Assembly (NCBI GenBank): GCA_041481345.1
Contig: JBGPBQ010000001.1
Span: 6,046 to 70,045 of the forward strand
Direction of reading: 5' to 3'
Origin: Anaerolineae bacterium
GTDB taxonomy: Bacteria > Chloroflexota > Anaerolineae > Anaerolineales > UBA4823
DNA: 64,000 bases
Below the pieces are notes generated by a model. The model worked only from the letters and a program-made list of their open reading frames with translations, made no database searches and had not been told where the DNA came from. Position numbers and translations under genes: made by a program. Of this stretch, positions 28,301 through 37,436 are shown piece after piece (position 1 is the stretch's first letter; every line of letters starts with the position of its first letter).

Positions 28301-29290
28301 ATGGCAGGAGAAAATCAAGCGAATGAATCGGTGACCAATGATATCCGCAATTTTGCCGAGGCGGTGATCAACAATGTTGAGAAGGTCATCGTTGGAAAGC
28401 GCCCAGCGATTGAGCTGGTGTTGATCGCTCTGTTATGCGAGGGGCATGTGCTCATCGAGGATGCGCCCGGCATGGGCAAGACCATGCTGGCGCGGGCAGT
28501 AGCAATCACCACCGGGCTCGAGTTCAAGAGGCTGCAGTGCACGCCCGACTTGCTGCCGAATGATGTGACCGGGGTTTCAATATTCAACCAAAAAACGCGC
28601 GAGTTTGAGTTCAGACCCGGACCCGTTTTTAGCAACCTCCTGCTGGCAGATGAGATCAACCGGGCAACACCGCGCACGCAAAGCGCACTTCTGGAGGCGA
28701 TGGGCGAGGGACAGGTCACCGTGGATGGGGTGACCTATCCATTAGCCAGACCATTCCTGTTGCTTGCGACTCAGAACCCGATCGAGTTCGAGGGCACCTT
28801 CCCCCTGCCTGAGGCTCAAATGGACCGCTTCCTGTTAAAGATCAGCCTGGGTTACCCTGACCAGACCAGCGAGGATACTATGATGCGGCTGCAGCAGTTA
28901 TCCCACCCCATTGATAGTCTCAAGCGGGCGGTGGATGGAGTGAGCCTGCAGGAGCTGCAGCGCCAGGTGAGACAGGTAAATGTGGTTGAAAGCGTCAGGC
29001 ATTATATCTTGAGCCTGGTGAACAGCACACGCGAGCACCCGGCGCTCTCGCTGGGAGCCAGCCCGCGCGGCAGCCTGGCGTTATATCACACCGCGCAGGC
29101 GCTCGCCGCCCTGCACGGGAGGGATTATGTCATCCCCGATGATGTCAAACACATGGCGGTAGCCTGCCTGGCACACCGCATGATGATGAACCCCGAGAAC
29201 GCCTTGAGTGGCGAGACCGCCGAGGAGCTGGTGGACGAGCTGCTCAAGAAGGTGGAGGTGCCACTGGTTAGCTCATCAGAACGCAGCTGA
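28301..29290 (+). CDS. MoxR-family AAA+ ATPase
   Basis: Walker A 'EDAPGMGKT', Walker B 'LLLADEINRATPRTQSALLEAM', and 'LLATQNPIEFEGTFPLPEAQMDRF'. Confidence 0.9.
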   Translation: MAGENQANESVTNDIRNFAEAVINNVEKVIVGKRPAIELVLIALLCEGHVLIEDAPGMGKTMLARAVAITTGLEFKRLQCTPDLLPNDVTGVSIFNQKTREFEFRPGPVFSNLLLADEINRATPRTQSALLEAMGEGQVTVDGVTYPLARPFLLLATQNPIEFEGTFPLPEAQMDRFLLKISLGYPDQTSEDTMMRLQQLSHPIDSLKRAVDGVSLQELQRQVRQVNVVESVRHYILSLVNSTREHPALSLGASPRGSLALYHTAQALAALHGRDYVIPDDVKHMAVACLAHRMMMNPENALSGETAEELVDELLKKVEVPLVSSSERS

Positions 29291-29408
29291 CGAATTGAGC
29301 GATGCTACGGCCTTTACGTTATGATTCCTCACGCATGAACTAAGATTAATAAACCTCTTTGCCATGCCTGGAGTTCAAGGTATACTAATTGTTGACCGGA
29401 GTTTATCT

Positions 29409-29633
29409 ATGACTGAAAAGACCTGGGAAACCCTGAAAATCCAATACTGCCAGCACGTGGATGAGAAGGTTGGCCTGCAGGCGCAGGTGGTTTACCCACC
29501 TGATATGATGCCCGACCAACCGGCGCGCATCCTGGCGCACCGCTGCAGCCATGGCTTTGCCTGCAACCTAGATGGACGCCCTAGCTGCATCTGGGCGGGC
29601 ACGAACCCAACCTTCGACCCGTTTAAAGAATAA
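29409..29633 (+). CDS. small Cys/His-containing hypothetical protein
   Basis: 74 aa from ATG 29409, after 'ggag'. Four Cys and several His residues ('YCQH', 'HRCSHGFACNLDGRPSC'). No family recognised. Confidence 0.35.
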   Translation: MTEKTWETLKIQYCQHVDEKVGLQAQVVYPPDMMPDQPARILAHRCSHGFACNLDGRPSCIWAGTNPTFDPFKE

Positions 29634-29647
29634 GAATTTCCCCTAAT

Positions 29648-29735
29648 GTAGGAACGCAGGGGAGGGATTTGAATATGGGACACTCGGGATTCCTCCTCTC
29701 CGGTCATAAATCAACCGGATAAGCTGCGCATCTAC
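29648..29735 (+). repeat. REP-like palindromic element, copy 1 (with nested hairpin)
   Basis: The element reads 'gtaggaacgcaggggagggattt...gggattcctcctct[ccggtcataaatcaaccgg]ataagctgcgcatctac'. It has a GTAG head and a CTAC tail. Confidence 0.75.
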
Positions 29736-29828
29736 TAGGAGAGGTATAAATAGTGCCGTGAAGGATTAAGCAGCTACCCCCCTCGATAGTTATCCAATGA
29801 GCCCTTACACGACAGATATCTCACTGAA

Positions 29829-30373
29829 TCACGTGTGTAATTGATCCTCGGCCCACCTATCGGGATTGGTATTAATATATTTCCAGATATTTTCATATTC
29901 CACCTGGTTGCAAATAATTTTCTCGTAATAATTACTCTGCCAAACGGGTGGATGGGTAAATCCGCGTATTGCATTGATCCTAAAGGAAACAGATGCCTTG
30001 TACGCCCGCACGATAGTGCCTAATGAATAGGAAGCAATATTCGCGTTACTGTTTGGGTGCTGGGTAGGAATTTGATCGTGGTTCATCTGGGATTCTTCCG
30101 GAGCATCCTTAACTATAAATACAATTCCATGGACATGGTTCGGCATTATAACGAAGGAAGAAAAATCTGATTGTGGAAAGCGCTTTCCCAGTTGTACCCA
30201 TTGTTCAAAAGCGATTCTACCTGATGGATTCAGGTCCATTACACCATTCTCAACGGTACCGAATAGGTGCACCCGTTGATAAGTGACTATAGTTACAAAA
30301 TAAGCACCTTCCAGGGAATAATCATAATCCTTATGCGGATGGAATGACGATTCTTATGTAACGGGTCAGACAT
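29829..30373 (-). pseudogene. REP-associated tyrosine transposase (RayT / IS200-like Y1 transposase), frameshifted
   Basis: HUH motif 'MPNHVHGIV', catalytic Tyr region 'VWQSNYYEKII', and 'YINTNPDRW'. The expected N-terminus 'MSDPLHKNRHSIRI' starts at ATG 30373 in another frame. The in-frame continuation 'DYDYSLEGAYFVTIVTYQRVHLFG' has no start codon. A 1-nt indel near 30328-30334 would restore one ORF. Confidence 0.8.
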
Positions 30374-30408
30374 AAGAGTTCATCGAATGGGTGAATAACA
30401 ATAAATTG

Positions 30409-30469
30409 GTAGGAGCGCAGGGGAGGGATTTGAAATGCAGTATATGGAATTCCTCCCCTGCGCCTCTAC
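30409..30469 (+). repeat. REP-like palindromic element, copy 2 (best preserved)
   Basis: The arms are 'gtaggagcgcaggggagggatt' (30409-30430) and 'aattcctcccctgcgcctctac' (30448-30469). They pair at 19 of 22 positions around a 17-nt loop. Confidence 0.85.
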
Positions 30470-30484
30470 GAGGAAACAACTTAT

Positions 30485-30542
30485 GTAAGCGGGGGGAGGA
30501 TTTGAGCATGTGGCAATCCAGAATCCACTCCTGCACCCCTAG
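30485..30542 (+). repeat. REP-like palindromic element, copy 3 (degenerate)
   Basis: 'gtaagcggggggaggatttgag...cagaatccactcctgcacccctag' has the same layout with several substitutions. Confidence 0.55.
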
Positions 30543-30565
30543 AAGGATTTATTTTCAATCCGCGG

Positions 30566-31750
30566 TTATTGGATTACGCCCAGCTTACGACCAACCCCGG
30601 CGAAGATCTCAAGACCCTTATCCAGGTCCTCCCGGCTGTGGGCGGCAGAGATCATCACACGAATGCGGGCTTTGCCCTTGGGGACGGTGGGGAAGCCGAT
30701 CGACATGGCAAACAGACTATTTTCGAACAGCTCGCGGCTGAACTGCTGAGCCAGGGGGGCTTCACCCAGCATGATGGGGGTGATGGGGGTGGTGCTCAAC
30801 CCTGTATCAAAGCCCAGCTTGCGCATCTCAGCCTTGAAATAGCGGGTGTTGTCCCACAGCTTATCCACCAGCTCGGTCGAGCCCTCCAGAATGTCCAGCG
30901 CTGCCAGGCAGGCTGCCACGTCCGGGACGGTCATGGCTGATGAGAATAGGAATGGGCGCCCGCGTTGACGCAGCCACTCGACCACCACCGGGTTGCCGGC
31001 GGAAACCCCACCGACCACGCCAAAGGCTTTGGAGAGCGTGCCAATCTCAACATCCACTTTACCGTGCAAGCCAAAATGGTCCACGATGCCGCGCCCGCCC
31101 TTGCCAATCACACCTTCGCCGTGCGCATCATCAACCATCAAGATGGCGTCGTAGTTCTGCACCACCTCGTAAATCTTATCCAATGGAGAAATGTCTCCAT
31201 CCATGCTGAAGACGCCATCCGTGATAACCATGGCGCGCGGATATTTGAGGCGTTCCTCGCTCAGCACCCGGTTCAAGTCCTCAGGGTTGCAATGGGCATA
31301 GCGGATGATCTTGGCGCCGCTCAGCCGGCAGCCATCGATGATGCTGGCATGGTTGAGCTCGTCTGAGAAGACGGCATCGTCTTTACCCACCAATGCCGGG
31401 ATGGTGCCCAAGTTGGCAGTGAAACCTGATTGGAAGGTGATGGCGGCTTGTACCCCCTTGAAAGCCGCCAGGCGGCGTTCCAGCTCGAGGTGCAGGTCCA
31501 TGGTACCGGCAATGGAACGCACTGCAGCCGGTCCCACCCCATATTTCCTAACTGCGTCCTGGGCAGCCTGGACGATGCGCGGGTGATTGGCAAGCCCCAG
31601 GTAATTATTGGAGCAGAAGTTGAGCACGCATTTGCCATCCACCACCAGCCATGCTCCCTGGGGGCTGCTGAGCGTGCGGATGCGGTTATATAACCCGTCA
31701 TCTTTCAGTTTTTGAAGTTCATCCTGGATCCACTGTAGTTTATCGGTCAT
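30566..31750 (-). CDS. kbl: glycine C-acetyltransferase / 2-amino-3-ketobutyrate CoA ligase-type PLP enzyme
   Basis: '[10 protein letters not shown]', '[12 protein letters not shown]' and 'DDAHGEG' are present, plus 'GTLSKAFG' carrying the PLP Lys. 8-amino-7-oxononanoate synthase cannot be excluded. Confidence 0.75.
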   Translation of the reverse strand: MTDKLQWIQDELQKLKDDGLYNRIRTLSSPQGAWLVVDGKCVLNFCSNNYLGLANHPRIVQAAQDAVRKYGVGPAAVRSIAGTMDLHLELERRLAAFKGVQAAITFQSGFTANLGTIPALVGKDDAVFSDELNHASIIDGCRLSGAKIIRYAHCNPEDLNRVLSEERLKYPRAMVITDGVFSMDGDISPLDKIYEVVQNYDAILMVDDAHGEGVIGKGGRGIVDHFGLHGKVDVEIGTLSKAFGVVGGVSAGNPVVVEWLRQRGRPFLFSSAMTVPDVAACLAALDILEGSTELVDKLWDNTRYFKAEMRKLGFDTGLSTTPITPIMLGEAPLAQQFSRELFENSLFAMSIGFPTVPKGKARIRVMISAAHSREDLDKGLEIFAGVGRKLGVIQ

Positions 31751-31780
31751 AAGGTCCCTCGCTTGGTATGAAAATTAGAT

Positions 31781-32779
31781 TTATTTTGGCGGCTTTGGCT
31801 TGCGCCCGCCACCAAATGTGAACATGCGGGTGAACATCTGTCGAGCAGTGGGCAACTCGACAATCGGGGCAGCTTCATTTACAGCCCAATTGGCAGCTGT
31901 CCGCTCCTTGAGCCATTTCTGATGCCCCAGCCTGGCACGCTCCAGGTCTTGCTGCAGTTTTTCAACTTCACCTGAAGCTAGTTGTTGGCGCAGGCCAACT
32001 AAATATTCCATCAAAGCATCCAACTGGCGCAGCAGATGCTCTTGAGTGGATATCGCCTGGCTGGAGAGGCTGCTGACCTCACCAGACTGCCCCAAGGCGC
32101 TAGTGACACCTGCATACGGACGACCGGTCAGCTTGCGGGTATCCTGCCAGCCCGGCTGATCCACGGTGGTGTTCAGCAGGGCTGCTGCGATCAGCTGGGG
32201 CAGAATATGGACAGCTGACATCATGCTGTCCAGCTCAAGCGGGTCGATGAACATATGCTCAGCACCCAGCAGGTGGCTGAAGTCGGTCGCCAGCTTGATG
32301 GCTTCGGATGGCACATCCTGGGGAGCGAGAATGGCGATCAGGCCATCCTTAATTAAATCGGCTCGCGCAGCTTCGACGCCTGAGCCAGGGGAAACCAGGT
32401 ACGCCGGATTAATCACCGGGACAAGTCCAACGTAGTAACGTTGAGGTGGGAGCAGCTCTTTAACCCACTTGAATACCTCGGCTTTCACCGGGGCGGTGTC
32501 CATAATTACGACATCTTCCTTCAGGTCCTGGGCGATCAATTGAAGGGTCTCCTGGATCTGGTCCAGGGGAAGCGCCAGGACGACAATGGCTGCATCTTCG
32601 ATGGCGCTGTATAGATTGATTTCCACCTGATCCACGGCGCCCAAGGTTTTGGCACGGTTGGCAATCTTGAGGTCTTTATCGTGCCCAATGCGCAGGAACA
32701 GGTCTTTCTGCGCCCCCAACGCCAGGCCGATGGAGGCCCCAATCTGCCCAGTACCAATGATGGTGATTTTTACGGTCAT
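31781..32779 (-). CDS. prephenate/arogenate dehydrogenase family protein
   Basis: N-terminal Rossmann motif 'ITIIGTGQIGASIGLAL' and a TyrA-like length and architecture. Confidence 0.7.
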   Translation of the reverse strand: MTVKITIIGTGQIGASIGLALGAQKDLFLRIGHDKDLKIANRAKTLGAVDQVEINLYSAIEDAAIVVLALPLDQIQETLQLIAQDLKEDVVIMDTAPVKAEVFKWVKELLPPQRYYVGLVPVINPAYLVSPGSGVEAARADLIKDGLIAILAPQDVPSEAIKLATDFSHLLGAEHMFIDPLELDSMMSAVHILPQLIAAALLNTTVDQPGWQDTRKLTGRPYAGVTSALGQSGEVSSLSSQAISTQEHLLRQLDALMEYLVGLRQQLASGEVEKLQQDLERARLGHQKWLKERTAANWAVNEAAPIVELPTARQMFTRMFTFGGGRKPKPPK

Positions 32780-32791
32780 CTGATCCCTCAG

Positions 32792-33328
32792 CTAGCTTTC
32801 GTTATCAACCAGCCACAGCTTATGCAGCAGACTGTTCTCCATGATTTCATTTTCCTCGCAAGCCGTGTCATGGTGCTGGCGGATCAGGCTTTCAGTCAGG
32901 GGGCTTGCCCCCGCCTCTTGGGCCATTTTCGCACCCCATTCGGCATGCTGCTCAGCCACGATAAATGCCTTTCTCCAGCCAGGCATACCGTCCCATGCAT
33001 TGAGCGGCAGGCTTCCCCAGCGCTGTGCCTGACCAGGCAGCACCGCCTGCGCCAAGACCACCATCGCCCGTTCCACCGGGTTCATACGGTAGCGCAGCTT
33101 GCCCACGTCGTGAAGTAAAGCTGCCACCAGCAGGTCAGACTGATTTTCACCTTGCTGGAGCAGATTAAAGTACATCGCTAAAGCATGGCTCTGCTCTCCA
33201 GGCTGGAGTCGTAGAAATAGCTGCCACTGCGCTTTAGTTAATAAAGCTTTTGCCTGCTCAAGCGCATGCGGATCAGTTTTTAAAGATATTGTGCGCCAGA
33301 ATTGGCGCACACGGTACAACATACGCAC
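32792..33328 (-). CDS. HD-domain phosphohydrolase family protein
   Basis: 'LVAALLHDVGK' (HD motif) and further His residues ('EQHAEWG', 'RQHHD'). Confidence 0.65.
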   Translation of the reverse strand: MRMLYRVRQFWRTISLKTDPHALEQAKALLTKAQWQLFLRLQPGEQSHALAMYFNLLQQGENQSDLLVAALLHDVGKLRYRMNPVERAMVVLAQAVLPGQAQRWGSLPLNAWDGMPGWRKAFIVAEQHAEWGAKMAQEAGASPLTESLIRQHHDTACEENEIMENSLLHKLWLVDNES

Positions 33329-33333
33329 GTCCT

Positions 33334-33993
33334 TTAAACCCCGATCAGGAATAAGCTGATCGATCTTAATGCTGGACCAATGATGTTCCCTAATAAGTTG
33401 AATCCGACAAGGGGTAATACGAACAGAATCACCATCAGGATTATCGGGCTGAAGGGACGAATGTTATCCAATACTTGCTGCCCGGCAGGAGGTAAAAAAA
33501 ATGCAATCACCTTCTCTCCGTCCAATGGGAATAAAGGGATCAGATTGAACAACATCAGCAATAAATTTATCTGAATGAATAAATAAAGGAACTGAGCCAT
33601 GTTAGGAAGAAACCGTGTTGTCGTAGTGGTGAGGGCAGAGATGGATACAAGACCCAAACGGAAAGGGATGGCAGCTAGAATCGCCATTAAGAAATTTGAC
33701 ATCGGCCCTGCCAAGGAGACCAGCATGGGTGCGGCGGACGAACGCCGCTGGAGCGCATACGGGTTGATCGGTACCGGCTTTGCATATCCAAAACCCACCA
33801 AGAGCATCAGAATCGTTCCAATCGGGTCCAGATGTGCAAATGGGTTGAGGGTCAGGCGGCCGTTGACGCGAGGGGTGTCATCCCCAAATCGATCCGCTAC
33901 CCAGGCATGGGCAAACTCGTGCACCGGAAAGGCAGTCAATAAAATAATGATGTATGTGATGATTACAGACGGGTTGTTTAGAAAGTTTAACAA
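33334..33993 (-). CDS. site-2 protease (M50) family membrane metalloprotease
   Basis: '[14 protein letters not shown]' (HExxH) in TM1 and '[11 protein letters not shown]' (the second metal-ligand motif). Confidence 0.85.
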   Translation of the reverse strand: MLNFLNNPSVIITYIIILLTAFPVHEFAHAWVADRFGDDTPRVNGRLTLNPFAHLDPIGTILMLLVGFGYAKPVPINPYALQRRSSAAPMLVSLAGPMSNFLMAILAAIPFRLGLVSISALTTTTTRFLPNMAQFLYLFIQINLLLMLFNLIPLFPLDGEKVIAFFLPPAGQQVLDNIRPFSPIILMVILFVLPLVGFNLLGNIIGPALRSISLFLIGV

Positions 33994-34062
33994 GACCGGG
34001 TAACTCCTTCGGCAAGGATTATACCATCCAAGGGTATTTCGCCTGCGTGTTATAATGCCCTC

Positions 34063-34275
34063 ATGCTGCCCGATTTACGGCTGGACGATGTCCTACGTTT
34101 GCGCAAGCCGCACCCTTGTGGAGGCTATGAATGGAAAGTTGTCCGGCTGGGTGCGGATATCGGCATCGAATGCCTGAGCTGCGGTCACCGGGTATTACTA
34201 CCCCGCCGCCAGCTTGCCCGCAGGGTGAAGTCCAAAACACCCCATCCTGAATCGTCCGGCTCCCCCAATGGCTGA
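34063..34275 (+). CDS. DUF951 family small protein
   Basis: '[38 protein letters not shown]' matches my memory of DUF951. A 'tataat' lies about 10 nt upstream of the start. Confidence 0.7.
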   Translation: MLPDLRLDDVLRLRKPHPCGGYEWKVVRLGADIGIECLSCGHRVLLPRRQLARRVKSKTPHPESSGSPNG

Positions 34276-35407
34276 TCTCCCTGCCAAACGGCCTCACATC
34301 CTGTTTCTATTTTCAGATACTGGCGGTGGTCACCGCAGCTCCACGGAAGCGATTATCGAAGCCCTGAAGCTTGAGTTCGACGAGCGCATTACCACCCAGA
34401 TGGTGGATATATTCCTGGATGCAGCCCCACGACCCCTGAACTATGCCCCCAGAATGTACCCGTATATGGTGCGCGTACCCGAAGTATGGGGGTTGGGCTA
34501 CCGGATCAGCAACGGCAACCGCCGGGCAAAGTTGATCGTCAAGGGCGCCTACCCCTACGTGCGGCGTAAGCTGCGCAAGGTAATCAACCAATATCCTGCT
34601 GATATGATCGTGTCTGTGCACCCACTGGCAAATGACCCGTTCCTGCATGCCCTGGGAAAGAACCGTCCACCCTTCATCACCGTGGTGACCGACCTGGTTA
34701 CTACCCATGCCATGTGGTATCACCAAGGGGTGGATTTATGCCTGGTGCCAACCGAAACCGCCTACCAGCGTGCTCTGCTGGCGGGTCTCAACCCTGAACA
34801 AGTCAAATTAGTCGGGTTGCCGGTGGCTGACCGCTTTTGCCAACCAGCCGGTGATAAAAATGCCCTGCGCCAGAAGCTGGGATGGCCGCAAGATAAACTG
34901 GTTGTGTTGCTCGTTGGCGGTGGCGAGGGTATGGGGCCGCTTGAAAAAACTGCCGGGGCGATTGCGGAAGCCAATCTGCCAATCACACTGGTGGTCGTCG
35001 CCGGGCGCAATGCAGAGCTCAAGGAACGATTAGAAACCAGGCAGTGGCCGATGAACACCTTGATCTACGGTTTCGTCCGCGAGATGCCAGACTTTATGCG
35101 TGCAGCGGATATCCTGGTCACCAAGGCCGGCCCAAGCACGATCACCGAAGCGCTAAACGCCGGGCTGCCTCTCATCTTATACAGCCGCCTGCCAGGTCAG
35201 GAGGATGGCAATGTGGATTACGTCATCTCTGAAGGAGTGGGTGTATGGGCGCCCAAGACCAGCTATATCGTCAGCGCACTGCGCGCCTGGATCACACACC
35301 CAAAGCAGCTTGAGCTGGCTGCCGAAGCCTGCCGAGAGTCTGCCCGCCCTGAGGCGGCACGTGAGATTGCCTGCCTGCTGGTAAACCGTCTGGGGGTAAG
35401 GACTTAA
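34268..35407 (+). CDS. MGDG-synthase-like glycosyltransferase (GT28, diacylglycerol glycosyltransferase)
   Basis: N-terminus '[19 protein letters not shown]' and C-terminus '[22 protein letters not shown]'. It overlaps the DUF951 stop. Confidence 0.8.
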   Translation: MADLPAKRPHILFLFSDTGGGHRSSTEAIIEALKLEFDERITTQMVDIFLDAAPRPLNYAPRMYPYMVRVPEVWGLGYRISNGNRRAKLIVKGAYPYVRRKLRKVINQYPADMIVSVHPLANDPFLHALGKNRPPFITVVTDLVTTHAMWYHQGVDLCLVPTETAYQRALLAGLNPEQVKLVGLPVADRFCQPAGDKNALRQKLGWPQDKLVVLLVGGGEGMGPLEKTAGAIAEANLPITLVVVAGRNAELKERLETRQWPMNTLIYGFVREMPDFMRAADILVTKAGPSTITEALNAGLPLILYSRLPGQEDGNVDYVISEGVGVWAPKTSYIVSALRAWITHPKQLELAAEACRESARPEAAREIACLLVNRLGVRT

Positions 35408-35419
35408 GGACCAAGACTA

Positions 35420-36559
35420 GTGTCAACCGAAAAACGCGCTCCCATCCGGTTTGGACTTTTAACCGCCCTGGTGTGGTTGGCAGTAGCGGGAGGCGCTATC
35501 TTTCTTTTGTGGCAGGTGATCACGCGTATTTCTGCCAGCGATGTGCCGGCCGGCACGTCCACACCCGACCAGACACAGGTGTACCAGACTATCGCAGCCA
35601 TTGTGAATGGTAAAACCACCACCAGCACTGCAGCCGTGGCGACGCAGATAGCCAGCCCATCTGCCACCGTCATGCCGACACAGACCAGCTCAACGCCCCT
35701 GCCATCCCCGAAAATAACGCCCACCCTCGTTCAGGTGACCCAAACCAGCACACCCATGGCGCTGTGCGACCAGGCAGGTGCAGGCAACCCGCTTGATATC
35801 ACCATCCCTGACGATACCGTGATCCCTGCCGGGCAGAGTTTTGTCAAAACCTGGAAGCTGGCGAATGTCGGCACCTGCACCTGGACGACCGCTTACTCCG
35901 TCACCTTCTTCTATGGCGACCGCATGGGTGCCCCTGAATCAGTGCCTTTAAAAGGATTTGTATCTCCTTCCCAAACCGTCGAAATCTCGGTTGAGATGGT
36001 CGCCCCCCAGTCACCTGGCACGTACCAGGGCAATTGGAAGCTGGCAAACCCTGCTGGTGAGTTATTTGGTATCGGTCCGAACGGCAATAACTCATTTTGG
36101 GTGCGCATCGTGGTAGCGGAGAACCAGGCCACTGCCACGAGCACACCCACCCTATCCGTCACCACCATCCCCACCGAAACCCCCACCGCCACCGCCACCC
36201 CACCCGGACAGGTGGGCGGCGAGCTCTCACCCCTCCCGGGCGACCGGATCGACCTGGACACGCTCACCCTTAACAGCGGGGATGAAGACCTGGCGTATGT
36301 GGCCGACGAGAATGGATACCACTGGCTGTCTCCCCAGGGTGGAGCTTTGCTCGGCGTATTCGGCAATGCGGAGCCATCGCTTACCAGCTGCCAGTCTGCT
36401 GCAATGAGCACCGCCCCAATTGCGGTGGAGAGCCTGCCGGTAGGCACCTACCTGTGTTACACCACCAACCACGGGCGGTTTGGTCAGATGCGCTTCGTAG
36501 CGTTGGACCCGAATAATTACGCCCTGACTCTCCATCTACTCACCTGGGCACTGCCATGA
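35420..36559 (+). CDS. membrane-anchored protein with NBR1-FW/Ig-like domain
   Basis: GTG start, a TM helix 'LLTALVWLAVAGGAIFLLW', and 'IPAGQSFVKTWKLANVGTCTW...SPGTYQGNWKLANPAGELFG'. Confidence 0.6.
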   Translation: MSTEKRAPIRFGLLTALVWLAVAGGAIFLLWQVITRISASDVPAGTSTPDQTQVYQTIAAIVNGKTTTSTAAVATQIASPSATVMPTQTSSTPLPSPKITPTLVQVTQTSTPMALCDQAGAGNPLDITIPDDTVIPAGQSFVKTWKLANVGTCTWTTAYSVTFFYGDRMGAPESVPLKGFVSPSQTVEISVEMVAPQSPGTYQGNWKLANPAGELFGIGPNGNNSFWVRIVVAENQATATSTPTLSVTTIPTETPTATATPPGQVGGELSPLPGDRIDLDTLTLNSGDEDLAYVADENGYHWLSPQGGALLGVFGNAEPSLTSCQSAAMSTAPIAVESLPVGTYLCYTTNHGRFGQMRFVALDPNNYALTLHLLTWALP

Positions 36560-37395
36560 GCACGCTCTACCTGGTGGCGACCCCGATTGGGAACCTGGAG
36601 GACATCAGCGCACGCGGCTTGCGTACTCTGTGCGAGGTCCGGCTGATCGCGGCTGAAGACACACGCCATACGGCTAAACTGCTCCAGCGGTACGACATCC
36701 ACACCCCGTGTATGAGCTACCACGAGCACAATAAATTGGTGCGTCTGGGTCAGGTGCTGGATGCTCTGCAGGAGGGGGATGTGGCGCTGGTCTCGGATGC
36801 CGGTACCCCGGCCTTGAACGACCCGGGGTACGAGCTGGTTCGGGCGGTCATCGCCGCCGGGCATGCAGTCAGCCCAATACCAGGCGCGTGTGCGCCGATC
36901 GCCGCCCTGGTGGCTTCGGGCCTGCCCACGGATGCGTTCCTATATCTGGGCTACCTGCCACGCAAGAGCGGCGAGCGGGAGCGAGTGTTGAAACAAGTGT
37001 CGGGCTTCCCGTACACTCTGATCTTCCTCGAAGCCCCCCACCGTCTGATCCAGGCACTGGAACAGCTGCAAGCGGAGCTGGGTGACCGGCAAATCGCAGT
37101 CGGGCGCGAGCTGACCAAACTGCACGAGGAGATCTTCCGTGGCAGTCTAAGCCAGGCTTTGACGCATTTTACTGATCACCCGCCGCGCGGCGAGTTCACC
37201 CTGGTGATGGCGGGCAGTGCGAACCAGGTCGAGCGTTGGACGGAAGAAAATTTGAATGAGGAGCTGCAAGAGTTATTGGCCAGTGGTGAGCCCGCTTCAC
37301 AGATCGCTGCCCGGCTGGCGGGTCCATCCGGCTGGTCGCGCCGGGAAATCTACGCCCACCTGCTCAAAAAACAGGGTAAAATGGGTAAACTATAG
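36556..37395 (+). CDS. rsmI: 16S rRNA (cytidine1402-2'-O)-methyltransferase
   Basis: 'LYLVATPIGNLEDISARGLRTL', 'AAEDTRHT', 'LVSDAGTPALNDPG' and 'GRELTKLHEE'. Confidence 0.9.
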   Translation: MSTLYLVATPIGNLEDISARGLRTLCEVRLIAAEDTRHTAKLLQRYDIHTPCMSYHEHNKLVRLGQVLDALQEGDVALVSDAGTPALNDPGYELVRAVIAAGHAVSPIPGACAPIAALVASGLPTDAFLYLGYLPRKSGERERVLKQVSGFPYTLIFLEAPHRLIQALEQLQAELGDRQIAVGRELTKLHEEIFRGSLSQALTHFTDHPPRGEFTLVMAGSANQVERWTEENLNEELQELLASGEPASQIAARLAGPSGWSRREIYAHLLKKQGKMGKL

Positions 37396-37436
37396 CCGAA
37401 AGAGAAAGCAACAACGGGGATTTAATCGAGGCAACT

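Noticed and set aside
30391-30741. Plus-strand 116-aa ORF upstream of RayT.
   Set aside because: It is read through REP copies 2 and 3 and then runs antisense into the 3' end of kbl. This is a typical spurious ORF created by repeats.
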